A stretch of 52,440 nucleotides of DNA, the filler included, from Catajapyx aquilonaris (taxonomy: Eukaryota), in the NCBI GenBank assembly GCA_000934665.2. It is 2 parts of 2 records of this genome, joined end to end, with 100 filler letters (N's around TTAATTAATTAA, not from the genome) between each part and the next. Parts side by side here need not be neighbours in the genome. Positions count along the whole stretch, not along the records: positions 1 to 26,023 come from JYFJ02005262.1; 1 more part is not named here. One strand, given 5' to 3'. The notes beneath the pieces are model-generated. The model did not search any database. It was not told the origin of the DNA and saw nothing but the letters and a program-made list of their open reading frames with translations. The stretch's first letter is position 1. Each line of letters opens with the position of its first letter. Both the position numbers and the translations under genes were made by a program. Shown here piece after piece: positions 12,611-26,023 of the stretch.

Positions 12611-12779
12611 TAAGATCCCAATTTGGTGCACATAATATGAAAAGATATATGAAATTATAGATAACTGCTTTTCCTCTTGGAAGCAGGCCGCAGGGCAAAA
12701 CAGATACTACTTTTGTCCATCTTTACCACGTAGGGTGGGATGGAAAGGGAGCGAAAGAAGGCTCCACTAACTGCAGAAA

Positions 12780-13267
12780 GAAGTGATCTACGAAGCTCAC
12801 AGAATGCACACCACAAACAGTTGCTTTTGGCTACTTGATTACTGCGAACCCCAAGTGTTCCTCAGAGGGTGTGTCAGAAAACTCCCAACAATGCACAACT
12901 TAGCAGCAAAGGATAGTAGTCGTCGAAACTCATTTGTGTACCATCTTCCCGATGAACTAGATGAAGGTGTGGAAGTGTAAAATCTTTTTCCTGACCACCC
13001 TAGGCTTTATTAAGTATAACAATTCCTTCCTGAAGCATGTGATGGGTCTCCCAAGAAGGACCGCTTCTTATGCCACAAGAGGACAGAATGGGCAAAAAGG
13101 TTCCTCCAAACAAGGTTGACATCAAGTTAATTGAGAGCCACATGGAGTCCTACCACCCGACCATATCGCACTTCAGGAGGGAGCATGCCACAAGGCGGAG
13201 GTACCTGCCAAGTGACGTAACGATAATAAGTATGATGCTGGATAGCAACACCAAGCACCCCTCTTAA
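12780..13267 (+). mobile_element. Sola1-like transposase N-terminal fragment
   Basis: RRNSFVYHL...FFLTTLG...EDRMGKKVPPNK...IESHMESYHPTISHFRREHATRRRYLPSDVTI; frameshifted. Confidence 0.55.
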
Positions 13268-14039
13268 TCCTGGCGTTACCGAAGCGGACAAGAGGAGATA
13301 TGTCATTGCCTTTTCAAAGGTCCTCAACCGAAAACTAGTCACAAATCCGGATGAAAGTCAACGACTAGCAAGAGCAACAACCAGCAAAGATAATGGATTA
13401 ATTATTGTAAGTCCACAAATAAATGAATAACTGCAGACTGATGGATGTTGTAAAGGATGTGACGGTCGCGCAGACAGACACACATTGCGAAATCGGCAAA
13501 AGATACTGAATTTTCAGTGGCAAATACTTCTCCCTTTCTTGCAGCAAGCTATAGGGATACACAAAATGAGAGAGCCTCCCTTCTTAGATCAAAATTAGCT
13601 CTATTGGCCTCAAATGTAGGTTATACTGGTAAAATATTTATAAAATTTTATATCCAGTGCCAGAAATCAGTTTCCCTAATATGCTCAAGTCTCACCTGTG
13701 AATCAGGATACACTCGTCTGACGACGTGAAACAGTGATATGATATTATTTAACATTACACTACAAGAACGAAACATGATATAATAATCGGCCAACGCGAT
13801 AATGAGAGTAAAACTTCTCTCTATTTTATTAAATAAATTCACATCAAAACGATTTCGAGGTCTCGTCCAATATGCATTCTCCAAAGCGCAATATGGCAAT
13901 GATTTTTAAAACTTGGGAGCCATCCGATAAGTTTTGCTTTAAATTTGGAATAAGCTCAGTTCCAGTGTGTCTAGACCATAACTATCATTTTCCATACTCA
14001 GCATGATGGCATTGTGATAATCGGATGCTGCAGCACCTG

Positions 14040-14870
14040 CGAAATTACTGAAGGACGACTAGTACGTGAAGGAGATTGATGCTCAATTCCGACTGGCCAG
14101 CTCGAGGAAAACCAAGGTCATGGTCTTCTCCAAAATGGGCAGGCTCCACAAGCGGAATTTTACTATCGATGCCACAACTTTGGAGTTTGGACCAAGTTGT
14201 AAGTTACATATATTTAGGGGTGCCATTCTTTAGTAATGGTAATTTTCCCGTAAAATATTTTGTAGCCAAAGCTGAAGCCACCATGGTCTAGAAGTGTTGC
14301 GGCCCTTTAGTCTCATGGTAAAAAGCTAATCTGGCTGAAGCTGGTGCAAGCACAAGCTAAAGGGATAACAATTGATTTTGGTTCTCCTGCTGACTGCGAT
14401 CCTGTTAACTGCTGTGCCGAACTAACTGAGAAACTCCTAACTGACGATTTAAACAAATTACAGCTTACTACTAGATATTTGGAGCATAACGAGTCTGTTT
14501 TCAAGGGTGTGAATAATACACAATATTTGTCCTCTTATTTACCACTTCCTGTAATTAGACTGATAATCAACATCAAAAATGGCTCCAGATATTTAAGAGC
14601 GGGCCCCAACAGGATAGAGAATGATCTCGATTGTACCTTTTGTAATTATTGTACTCCTTTCGATTTATATCATGTTATTTATGTCTGTCCTTTTTTTTAG
14701 TGTTCCAAGAGCATCCTTTTTGTACTCTTTTCCACCCGCCCCAAATCTAACATACTTGCAATGGTAAACAATGTCACAGGCCCCAATTACTCCAACCGGT
14801 TAAATTTCTTGACCAATGTAGCGAAGAGTATAACGTTTGCCTGTATTAACTCTAACTCGCAGCATATGTA
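14040..14870 (+). mobile_element. Non-LTR retrotransposon ORF2 3' remnant
   Basis: KTKVMVFSK...QVVSYIYLGVPF (RT thumb region) and the C-terminal zinc knuckle CTFCNYCTPFDLYHVIYVCPFF. Confidence 0.65.
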
Positions 14871-15854
14871 ACTGTTGCTTTCCCCTTAAAGGCATAACAG
14901 CCAAATGGAGTAAAGAAAATATTTTTTAAAAAACACAAACAAACTTTGCCTTATACAAACAAACAAAAAGCAGCTCCTGGGTATCATCTGGGCCACAGAT
15001 CTGGACCCCACCTCAATACTCCTCTCCTTTCAACTGATGACAAAGTGAAGGGGGGATTCCCCACTCAACTTGGATTTTCTGCTTGAGTGTTGCCTGATTA
15101 ATTTGTGTACAGTTGTAATGTGAACACAGCAATTTTTTTCTTCTATCCTTTTGACAAATGCGCAGACCTCTGGTGTAGAAGCTGAGATGCTGGTGGATGG
15201 GGTGGAGGTACCTCCCATAAACATGCAATCCGAACCTGCTTCTGGGTAGGGTTGAAGATCTAAACACTCAGATTGTATTGTTAATGAATTTGACCTATTG
15301 CAGAGAGCAACTAATAACAGAAAGCTTGAACATAGTATCGGCGATTAGGGCATTTATAGACACATCCATGACGATCATTAGGACTGGTAAGGAGACATGG
15401 AAATCTCGTTAAATTATCATTATTTGGATTGATGAATAATTTATCAAAATAAGAATAAAGTGCATGATTTTGACAATCTAGACTTTGACTTATACGGTTC
15501 CCAAATGCCGCCCTTATCAGTCAGCTATATTCTCCTGATAGCACTAAAACAAGTCTGCTAACCAATTTTCTGGATCCTCTAGAAACTGACCGTAGGGAGC
15601 AGGTAGAAGAGGAGCTCCAGCTCAAAAATGAAGAAATACGACTCCTTAGAGAAGAACGCAATATCTTACGAGCACAACTGGAATTGCGAAACCAATGAGG
15701 CTACAGTCATGAATTGCAGCACGTGTGGAGACACGCCAGTGTAAGGCCCTTTGTGATTTGAGCATTGGTTGCACAACTGACTTTTCTGTCAACACACAAG
15801 AATCGCACCATGGGGTTACACCATTCCGACTATAGAATCATGCTAACCCAAGTA

Positions 15855-16279
15855 CAGTGAAATCCTGATAACTCGAACCACCATGGGACCGAAAGAAAAA
15901 ATTCGACTTATCTAATATGATGGGGAAATCAAAACCCGCACAAATTGAACACCTGCCATGTGTCGTGTACTGTATCTGTATAGTGTACAGTATTGTTTCT
16001 TGCTTTTATAGTGCTGAAACCAGTTTTAGGGGTTATAACAGCACTGTGCAGAAGGGAGCTTAAAACACGTGGCTTTCAGAGGGCTTTGTGCATTCCTTCA
16101 CGGCTTATCAGTATTAACCAGCTGGGGTGGAAATCTCCAAGAATGAATCATACCACATGTTTGCCAAGCTTGGAAATCCCCGGTGTTGACAAAATTCGAC
16201 TTATTAATAGTGAAAGTGCTGTGGAGTTCACAAAATATATTAGACTTATCGAGAATTTCGAGTTATCGGAATTTGACTG
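15855..16279. mobile_element. Tc1/mariner (pogo-like) MITE, 425 bp
   Basis: TIRs CAGTGAAATCCTGATAACTCGAA / TTCGAGTTATCGGAATTTGACTG, with TA on both sides. Confidence 0.8.
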
Positions 16280-16854
16280 TACTACTGGAATCAGAATTGC
16301 CTAATTCTAACTCTTTGGAGACTATGGGAAACCATAGGCATAGGGGTCATGGCTGGAAAACTATTCAAAATTGCCTTCTGATAGCTAGTTTTCATTCTTA
16401 ATTTCTTGTTGTTAACCTGAAATATATGCTTCTAGGCTCTAAGTCTGAATCAAGAAGACATTGAACTGGTTGTGGCGGAAGCCAACGTAATCCGTGCTAG
16501 GGCAACACAAGCCTTAAGAGAGAACCTGTACGTCAGCTTCCACGCTATCTCGGTGAGTAAATATGCCCACAGTTGCTTAGGCAACTTCTTTCCAAGGAAA
16601 ATGCGACATTTCAACTTTACTTATCCTTGGTTGTTGGCTTGTTCTTGACATGGCATTAGGCCAGTCCGGAGACTCCTTGCATCCAATGCAGATACACTCA
16701 AACCACTATATCGCCAACCTACACCAGTTCCCCGCACAATTCTGCAGCGAACTTGACAGGCTCTTTCGGTTGTTTGGGGTTGACCTTACCATCTTGGTCT
16801 ACAAGTACCGCAGATATCTCCTGCTGAAATGCATGGAGGCTCGCCGGGAGCTGG

Positions 16855-17409
16855 TTGCCCTACTCCCGTTTGAGGGGCGAATGGCTTTTGTCGACAGCAT
16901 GGAGAGCGTCTGGAGACTGCCGAACGCTATTTGGCCATGCACGGAATCAACCCAAGCCCCACCGTGGGCGTGGGGGTGGCCGGAATCAAGCCTTGCCAAC
17001 CCTCATACCCTCACACACGCTCGATGTCGAGTCGATGTATCCGTCCATGCCTCATACCCTTCTGAAAGTCACTGTCATGGATTTCCACCAGAGGCACCAC
17101 CATTCTCGGGCTCAGACCCGCCAGTTCCCTCCGGACATTGTGGCAGAGATGCTCGACATATTTTTCTCCGCCGGATTTTTCTGGTTCGGATACCGCCTAT
17201 ACCAACAATTGCAAGGGGTCGAGATGGGTGGCAGCTGTAGTCCCCTACTTGCTGACATTTACGTACATGAAGTCGACCAGGACTTCCAGCACGACATAGG
17301 GGACAAGGTTCACTCCTTCATTCGGTCTCTGGCCGATGTCCTTCTCATTGCAGAACCGGCCATGGTTGACCTGTACATTTGCCCGAGTGAGGACAGTCAA
17401 AACAATTGA
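16855..17409 (+). pseudogene. Penelope-like element reverse transcriptase remnant
   Basis: LDVESMYPSMP...FFWFGYRLYQQLQGVEMGGSCSPLLADIYV...FIRSLADVL matches the PLE RT motifs DV.SLY / Y.Q..G..MGS..SP.LA.IY / RY.DD; the catalytic YxDD is degraded. Confidence 0.75.
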
Positions 17410-17876
17410 TGGTCACCAATGAGGGGGGGCCAGTTACATGCCAATTACCTCGACTCCCACCTATTCATGGATTAGCATCCAACAAAGTCCAGCTCCCAGA
17501 CCCATTGTTGTGCACTCATACTTAGGAGGATTTTCCCAACATTTAAATAGGGCATTAGACTGTGTCAGAGTTACCTGTGCAGCCCTGCCAAATCACCGTC
17601 TCAACCCTCACTAACTCTCGTGTATATGCAGGCTGGTGTGTGGTTGGTGGACTAGTCTTAATTTTAGTTGCGGTCTCGTGTTTTACAATAATAATTATTA
17701 CACTGTTCGAATACCAGTTTACATTCTGGTAAGGTGCAATGCTTTCCATTCCCAAACCAGCACAAAGTCATCTGAGGTAATGGCAATAGGTTAGCGTCTC
17801 CGATACACTGCGCAGTGAGAACCGGAGTTGGACTTTCACATTTGACCACCAGGCCTCTCCTGCACCATTTGACACC

Positions 17877-18164
17877 ATGGCTACTGCCGATCAGATTGTA
17901 GCCATTTTGAACCACAGGATCAGTAAGTTTCAGAAGGAACTAGACTCATCATTCAACAAAACCATTGGGGAGCTGGGGGGGGGGGGGNATGTTTTTCCAC
18001 ATTTGAGTCAATGTCAAGTGCAATTTCTCCCATACATATCATTTACAAAAACCCTACAGTCCCAAATCTCAACTCTTACTGAGAGATTTCTCTCCCTGGA
18101 GCCTTGCAGGAAAGACTATTTAGAGCAGAATAATTTCTGTAGGTGCAATCATGTAACAATGTAA
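17877..18164 (+). pseudogene. Possible LINE ORF1 coiled-coil fragment
   Basis: LQSQISTLTERFLSLEPCRKDYLEQNNFCRCN resembles the ORF1 coiled coil ending D.LEQ..R..N. Confidence 0.35.
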
Positions 18165-18997
18165 AATTCTTAGTTGCAACTTCATGAATATTTTCGACCT
18201 GCTGTCATGGCGAGGGGCTTTGGTCGGCCCTGTTCCTTGATGATGTCTAATAAAACTAATGTATTATTTCCATTTCAGAGAAATCCCACCAACAAAAAAT
18301 TGACGAGCAATAATTACATTTTACTCCACCCTGTGTGTGTACCCTAGTTATCAATGAAAATGTAAAGGGATTGTCGCCCAAAACATTTGTTGCCATTTTG
18401 GCTAGCAAACAATTACAAAATGCAGGTTCTAGGTCACAAACATTAGCGAATAATCTCACCAACTGCTCAGACATGCAAAAACATAATTGTTTATGAAAAC
18501 CTGCCTTGAGATAACCAGATGTGATATCACGGCAGACAGAGACAATCAATCAAGCTCAATAATGTAGCCTGAGTCCTTCTTGCCTAGCACATCATCGGAT
18601 TTAAGCTTTTACAAAGGTACTCGACTGGTGTGACATTTCTGTAATTTTTAGAGTTTCACAATGCCATGAACATGTAATAAATAATTTTAATTATGACAGT
18701 GGTGGGCAATAGAAAAATATGACAGACTTAGCAATCATTGTTGACCAACAATGATTGCTATGGCAATTCTTGTTATACCCGAGGTTCTAAGTTATACTGA
18801 GGCCGGTGCAACTGGCCCTGAATGGAACAATCACACTATCAGGCTAGTATAACATACAATTATGGGATACCTGGATATACCAGGCACAAAATCAAGTGAA
18901 AATAATCACAACTTTGGCCTATGAAGAGACACCCGGTATCTCCCACTCATTCCCTGCCGCACTGGTCAAGTGAAACTACCAGAGCTACTTTGAAGAT

Positions 18998-19320
18998 TTG
19001 CACAGGTTGAAATGCTGTGAGTGTTTCTATCCGCCACCTAGTGGATCAACAGTGCATTACCCAGAATGTGTCTCCTTCTTTTGCAACAACTATAAGAAAC
19101 CTCAAGTCGAGACTTGCACTCATTTCATTGACGCCTTAAACATGGAAGGTGATGTGTTAGATGTAAGTCAAATGGTCACACTTCCAAACCAACTCCCCCG
19201 ACACATCACAAGGCAATGGGCCGGACAATCAAGATATAGTCAGCCCCTGATACCTGCAATTCCCCGACATAAGAAACTGTTACGCAGGCGTTGTGCAGTA
19301 TGTATTAAAAAATATATGAT
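18998..19320 (+). mobile_element. Possible piggyBac transposase C-terminal remnant
   Basis: PLIPAIPRHKKLLRRRCAVCIKK resembles the start of the piggyBac Cys-rich C-terminal domain; little else is recognisable. Confidence 0.35.
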
Positions 19321-20244
19321 ATATAGGGGGGTGCCGCTACGGATGGGCCCTCGATTTTATATTATGACATTGTTTGCCAATATATGTCGTAACCTGTGTG
19401 ATCATCGTCATTGTCTGCCACACGTCCCGTGTAATTAGAGGACTATATACCAGTATATACACAAGTACACTTACATATTACTCCTCTCTTTTACAGTCCA
19501 ACTACGGTGCCATTGGTGTGGGTCACAATGGAGTCGAGGATGTTTCCTCGTACTCGTTATGGGACAAATATTTGCATCCATGAGATGACTTGTTGCATTA
19601 ACTGCATTCCAATAGACCCATAGTCGAATCACATCAATGTTTCATATTTAATATGATTTAAGGAGGGGGGAACCATTGACCTGTGTGCTTCCTATTTTAA
19701 AGGCACACCTGGTGACCTTTGCCAGTCTGTCTACATGTTGTATCAACTTAGGACAAGTCGAGTTCGGACTGGTTATAACTTGAAAGTCCCATTGAAACAT
19801 GGCCTATTCAAGTTCCCCCTTACCCTCCCCAGCGCTGCTCGGATTCTTGACATACAGCACCAATGTGGAATAGTGTCAAAGTATCTTCAAAATCATTTGA
19901 ATTATTGTAGTAGGAGCAACTTGATAACTCGGGATCAAGGTGAGAAACATACCACACGGTACGACATGTCATCTGGAAATTTGACAAAGGCGCGCACACA
20001 ATGTACCTACAATCAATGGCTGTTCTCATTGCTGGCTAGGAATTCCAAAAGCGAGATATTGCCTTCCACTCGAAGAAATATCGTCTGCAGAGCATGTCCG
20101 AAACCCATTGTTCTTCCGACACTCACCAGTATCCTATGACGTGTCCAAAGGAAGGGCAGATGCAGCATTGACAGCGCACTCACAGAGCACAAAGACAACC
20201 GACCATCCAAAACAACCTTCCCTTCCATGAACTTGTATGCAAGT

Positions 20245-20430
20245 TTAGATGAACCATTAGCATTTCTTCAGGACGCTGCTGAAGTTGTATAGGGTCGACG
20301 TGAACGCGTAAATTGAAACGGAACGCCTCTCTTTCATGCGCAACAACCAGACGAAACATCAAGTAGAAAATTACATTCATTTGACAGACGCCATAAATAA
20401 GGTCAGCCATGTGCAAAACGTGCAGGAAAC
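20245..20430 (+). mobile_element. Second Helitron Rep fragment
   Basis: Clear nucleotide similarity to 2573-2750 (GATGAACCATT.GCATTTCTTCAGG, GGGTCGAC, GGAACGCCTCTCTTTCAT); translation includes ETERLSFMRNNQ..VENYIHLTDAI. Confidence 0.7.
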
Positions 20431-20782
20431 AACCCCGGATGATGTGGCATATGCGGCGGATGTACTGAATCGTGTCAGTTGAGCAATTTTCCAAAAAAAT
20501 TATCTCAAGACTTCTCTGCGATTTGGTCGTTGGACGAATAGGGAGGTGATTCAAGAAACGATGCCAGAATGTTAATATTTCATTTGCACAATGTCTTGGA
20601 ATTATTGATTGCACAGAAATATCTGCTAAGAAGCCCAAGTTGGGGAGGAACCAGGTGTATACTTGTATACTCACACTACAAAGGGACATACCATAAAATT
20701 TCCTGTACCCATTGCACCTAATGGATTTATATCTTACTTATCAGACTGCTATGGAGGAAAAGTAATGGATTTTCAAATTACC

Positions 20783-20784
<2 letters not shown>

Positions 20785-20814
<30 letters not shown>
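20785..20814. repeat. (AG)n microsatellite
   Basis: Direct reading of the sequence. Confidence 0.95.
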
Positions 20815-20816
<2 letters not shown>

Positions 20817-21439
20817 CTTGACCCTGGTGATTTAATTCTTGCAGACAAGGGATTTCCGCAAATTTTGACACGTCTGAATGAAGTTGGTTGCTCCTTGGTG
20901 ATGCCTCCATTTGCATAGGCCGGGAAGCACCAATACTCTGAGGTGCACATGGAAGAGAGACATCGTATAGCCTCAGTGAGGGGCCATGTAGAAAGGGGAA
21001 ATATGCAGAGTTAAGTATTTTCACATCTTGTCAAAAGTAAGTGTTGAGAATTATTATCCCCAAATAGATAAATTAATAAGATGATCTGCGCATTTGCCAA
21101 TGTTACGGGACCCTTGATTCGCTGAAATGTTAAGAGTGTAATGCAATAGGCAAGCACACAAAGCAACAATTGCATATCTTCTTTGCGATCACCAGTCAGT
21201 TTTTCTCAGCAGGCTTCTGCACATCTAGTAAACATCAAGACCTGTGGAGGGAAGATATCTCGTACATCCTAACAGACAGCATCTTATAGCTCGGAGAAAA
21301 CAGTGTTCCAGACTACTCTGTACTATGAATGAAAAGTAATGCCCCAACCAATCTTACATTAGCATTACTGCTGTCCTCCAGGATACCATTTGTGATGAGA
21401 GACCTGAACGGATATATACTTAACCGGCAGAAAGCCGTA

Positions 21440-21708
21440 CAAGGATCAGAAATGAGCAAGAGTGTAAGAAACGCAAGCGGAAGAGGAGGCGATATAAAGG
21501 GCAGCCTTATGCAGCCATGAAAACTGACAAGGCGATGCCCGGGAGAAAGATATGGACGCCTTGCTCCTGTTCACGAAACTGCTCCGTTAAACTGAAGGTA
21601 CATGGAACGGCTATATTCAACAGCTTTTGGGACTTGAGAAATTATGACGTACAATATTTAGATTTGTTTGGTCCCAATAATATTCACAATCAGAAGACGA
21701 GGTATTAA
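21440..21708 (+). mobile_element. Sola1-like transposase N-terminal fragment
   Basis: PCSCSRNCSVKL...IFNSFWDLRNYDVQ fits the C.C...C......IF..FW.L..Y..Q pattern. Confidence 0.45.
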
Positions 21709-21955
21709 TACAATAATAATAGGCCTATAATATACAGTATACTCAATTATGTAGTACAATCATGTGATTTTGTTTCACATTAATATGAATTATTCCAGTT
21801 ACTACAAAAAGACTGCTAACCATTATTTTCATTTTCTGATTTCATTATTTTGAAGCCAATCCTGGCAGAAGCCCAACACGTCAACAATAGCCTTCAATCC
21901 AACACTGCGGACCCTTTCAAGTTTCTCCGGGACCTCACTCTATTAACCACAGTTC

Positions 21956-21998
21956 ACACACCTGACGAGCCCCAGAGGGCGAAACCGCGGTCGTGTGT
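21956..21998 (+). ncRNA. Minimal type I hammerhead ribozyme (Penelope-type)
   Basis: Stem I ACACAC(21956-61)/GTGTGT(21993-98); core CTGACGA(21962-68); stem II GCCC-CAGA-GGGC; GAAA(21981-84); palindromic stem III ACCGCGGT; GUC cleavage triplet ending at 21992. Confidence 0.85.
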
Positions 21999-22059
21999 TT
22001 GAGTTTCTTAAATCTGATATCATGTGAATTAACATGTAATAAGTGACTTAAAAGTGATG

Positions 22060-22623
22060 CAGGCTGGTTCCATTTCAATCCAGACGGTGGGTGCCCAGTC
22101 ATGGTCTTCGATTTTTTTAAAAAAAATATATGTGAAACCCACGTCCAATTGAACCCTTATGGAGCAATCAGTTTTACGAGATTAAATTTAGTTATCGAGA
22201 GATTAATATTTCTTTCAAGGGGTACCAAAATCACCTTCACGGGAAGTGCACTTTTTCCATTGCTTTCAATGAGTATATTTCGGGAACTGTTCTGAAAACC
22301 AACATGAAATTTTAAACTCGTGCTTTTGGAAGAACGCGCTGTTATGTAATGCATAAATTTACCTTATTTAATGGTACAGTCACCTGCAAAAAAATCTCCA
22401 ACATTGCATATTTTGGTCAAAATTCGCATATTTCGCAATTTATTACGGCGTTATGGTAAACGTGACGGTTATGCCGATTATATTTTGTGATATACTCGGT
22501 GACCCCTTAAAGGTTATGCAATCAAACCTTTGCTAGCCCCGCGTGTCGTTGAGATAGGCGAGGTGAAAATATGGCAACAAGCGAAAACACGCATATTTCA
22601 AAAATTATTTTCTCAAAAACCCC

Positions 22624-22655
<32 letters not shown>

Positions 22656-25600
22656 ACGCGGACAGACAGGTTTTAAAACGAGGTGGTGTCAAAACCCGGT
22701 GCATATTTTTTGTAAGTGAGATACAATTTTTTTTCAGATGACAAATTTCGTCATTGTGCTACAATATAGCTCACTTCACATAAATATTTTCTCAAAGAAG
22801 CCATTTTAAATATTTAATCGTTATTTTTTGTATGACAAAGTAGCATGAGTTCTATTATAAAATTATATCGCAATGGCGTAATTTACTGGTACAGTCATCC
22901 TCAAAAAAAATCGCCAAAAGTGCTTGTTTTGTTGAAAATTCACTTAGTACGCAATTTATTATGGAGTTATTATTAAGGTTATACAAATGAAACCAATTAT
23001 ATGTACAACGTAGTTAAAGGGCATGTTGTAAGGACAAATAATATCATTAATATCTGCATTCAAAGAAGAGGTACACCTGGTCAAAATATGGTCATATGAG
23101 AAAACATGCCTGAAAGATACATTTTTTATTCAAAAATGCAATTTTTCATTTCTTTTCTTTTCTTTTGTGTAGATAATGACGCTCTCTGTCAAAAGATATA
23201 TTACAAACCCGGGGCACATGCGTAGTAATTGAACGATATACAGTATATTTGAATGTTGCTCTGGGTTAAACCCACTTCATGACAAATGTGTAAATTGTCA
23301 CAAGCTTTCTTTTTTTCACACTTTGGTGCAATCTTGGTCGAAGCAGATACTGTGATGTTATTGCATTTTTACACATGAGCATGTTTTCCTCCGAGAGCTT
23401 ACTGGGATCGGTTAATGACTGGACGCGGCCACGCGGGTCATCCCTTGGGTCATACCGCCAAACCCTTCCCGAGGCTGTGGCTGTCGTAGGGCGGGGTCGG
23501 CAAATTTTGTCAAAGGAAATCACAAGGAGGTGCGAAAAGGGCTGGATTTGGGGACATTCTGGTCGAGGCAGAACAAGTCCCTTCAAACTATCTGCAATAC
23601 ACAAAGGCAGTTCAGTCTGAGATTGAAAGCGAAGTGGAGAAGTTCTTGTGCCGGTAATTAATACGAGGAAGTTTTGTCGGTGAACATGACATCATGTTAT
23701 AGTGAAGACCGTGCTCGGTGTGTGGATTACGGGAACAAGCACGAGAAAGTTGTATACAATGACGCCAAAAACACAAAAAGGTTCCGCAAAGTTGGTTCTT
23801 TGGCATCTGAGTTGCAGCGATTGGGCTACGACAGAGCGTCGCAGGACGATGAGTTGTGCAGACACTGCTATACACACATTACACTGACATTGTTGCTGCG
23901 GCAGAACTGGAAGATGACCCGGACATTCCTGGGGCATTGCCGGGAACGTCCAAGGATACCAGCAGAGATGATGACTTCGTCCCAGAGGAAGATATAGCTG
24001 CAACACTCAACGAAAGCGTGAAAGGTCTGGACGTTGCCGTGGATATTTCGCCCCTAAAACGGCCAGAAGCTGTTAAAAAGGAGAGAAGACACGCTTACGG
24101 GAAGAGAAAACAACAGCAGTTTGCAGACGCACTGTCATCAGACACCAAGAAAAAGATAAAGGTCCTGTTTGAATTGAGCAGCGATTCGAGTGAAGAAACT
24201 TGCAAGACATGTGAAAACTGGGAAGAAAACATGCGCGTTGCCCTTTCCAACGCAAGTAGCAGTGAGAAGATTCGACTTTTAACACTTGTGCCGAAAAATC
24301 TTTCCAGGCAGAAGCTTTTGGAAATATTTCCTGGGATCACCATGCATTCCATCAACAAAAGCCGGCAGCTAGTCAACAATGCCGGAATCTGGTGTCCACC
24401 TGACCCGTACGTGGGGCATAAATTGTCAGAGGAAGAAGTGGAGGAGGCACTCAGATACTACTTGGAGGATGGACTGGATTGCACAAGGCAGAGTGCAAAT
24501 GTGAAGGATGTAGTGAGCATAGTGGACGAGCGTGGCAACAAAGTCAAAAAAGCAAAACGCTATATGACCCGTTCCATTAAAGAAACGTACAACCTCTACA
24601 AGAAAGATTTTCCAGGCGGACGCATCATGGGGCATTCCAAATTTTACTCTTTGCGGCCAAAGTGGGTGAGCTGCAGTCCTCCCCATCAAGTATGCCTGTG
24701 CATATATTGTGCAAACATTGAACTCTGCTGCATTGCTGTCAAAAATGCAGCAAATGTGATGGTAACTGCAGAGGACCTATTCAGTTTATGCATGTGCCCT
24801 GTTCCAACAGATCGGTGCCGCCTGCAAGAATGCGAGGACTGCGTTGGTACTGAGGGTATTTCAACTGACAGTTTGATGCTGAGTAACTGTGATGAAGATG
24901 TCACTTACGCTGTATGGGAAGCAGGGAATTTAGTCAAAAAGGACTCGTCCGTGAAAGAACTTGTAGCAGAAGTGGGTAAGTGGACATTGAAAGCCCTCCC
25001 TCATGACTATATTCGACACATTCAGAATCGCGGAAAACTGGACCGTTCTGTTGCCAAATGAAATCCAAAGCTACCATTGGCAAAAGAAACAACTATCCAT
25101 ATTTACATGCGTGGCTTATTTGGGCAGCAGCGTCCAGAGTTTTGCTGTGGTTAGTGAAGACTCGAGGCATGATTCAAGTCATGCACTTCTGGCGGTCCAT
25201 CGAAGATGATCTATCAGGAGATGACGGAAAACCTAGCAAAGTAACATACATTTCTGATGGTGCAGCGAGTCATTTCAAGAACCGCTACCAGCTGCATGAA
25301 CTTTCCCAAGCAGCCCCTGCAGACAGGCAGTGGATCTTCACGGCAACGGGACACGGTAAAGGGCCATGCGACGGTGTTGGTGGTATTGTGAAGCACCATG
25401 CCACAGTTCATAACTTGTCTCATCCCTCAACTGATGCCATCCAAACTTCGGATGATTTTGTGCGAGTTCTAAGTGCATCACTGAAGAATGTGCGGCTCCT
25501 ACATTTGCACCGCGATGAAGTGGACTCGTTCAGGTGCCAGAAAACCAAGGAGTAGAAAACTTTGCCAGCTGCTACAGGAATCCAATCCTGCCATCATTGG

Positions 25601-26023
25601 TTTATTGAGGACGGATCTGCAGTAATGTCACGGACATACACTACTCGTAGCAAGAGCACATAAGGGAGGTTGTAATAATTATAGAAAGTAAGTAAATGTT
25701 TCTTATCAACGCAAAATATATTATGCAGTATATAGCTGTGCAAAACTTATTATCTTTATTGTTATATGAGAAAGTTAAATCACGTTAATGCAGATGTATT
25801 AGGTAGTCCTTCAGTTATTTTCTACGGGTATTATTTGCTACTGACACTCATCAAAAGGGCAAAATTAGGATCGGCAAACGCTTTGGGAGACGATCAAATT
25901 CGACGAAAGTTAGCAACATTCAAAAATATATCGTTCAATTACTACGCATGTGCCCCGGGTTTGTAATATATCTTTTGACAGAGAGCGTCATTATCTACAC
26001 AAAAGAAAAGAAAAGAAATGAAA
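22060..26023 (+). mobile_element. Sola2-type DNA transposon with long TIRs (left boundary approximate; right TIR cut by the gap)
   Basis: 23144-23260 is the near-perfect reverse complement of 25912-26023; the left arm has degenerate ~510-bp periodic subrepeats; a transposase pseudogene lies inside. Confidence 0.7.
23686..25663 (+). pseudogene. Sola2-like DDD transposase pseudogene
   Basis: SKFYSLRPKWV, Cys cluster CLCIYC...CRLQECEDC, AENW...NEIQSYHW, YISDGAASHFKNR and WIFTATGHGKGPCDGVGGIVK. Frameshifts near 23880, 25027 and 25200; a TAG at 25553. Confidence 0.8.

Noticed and set aside
24110..24145. Minus-strand CTGATGA-CAG...CTG-CAAAC hammerhead-like motif
   Set aside because: The essential GAAA is CAAA and the motif lies within transposase coding sequence.
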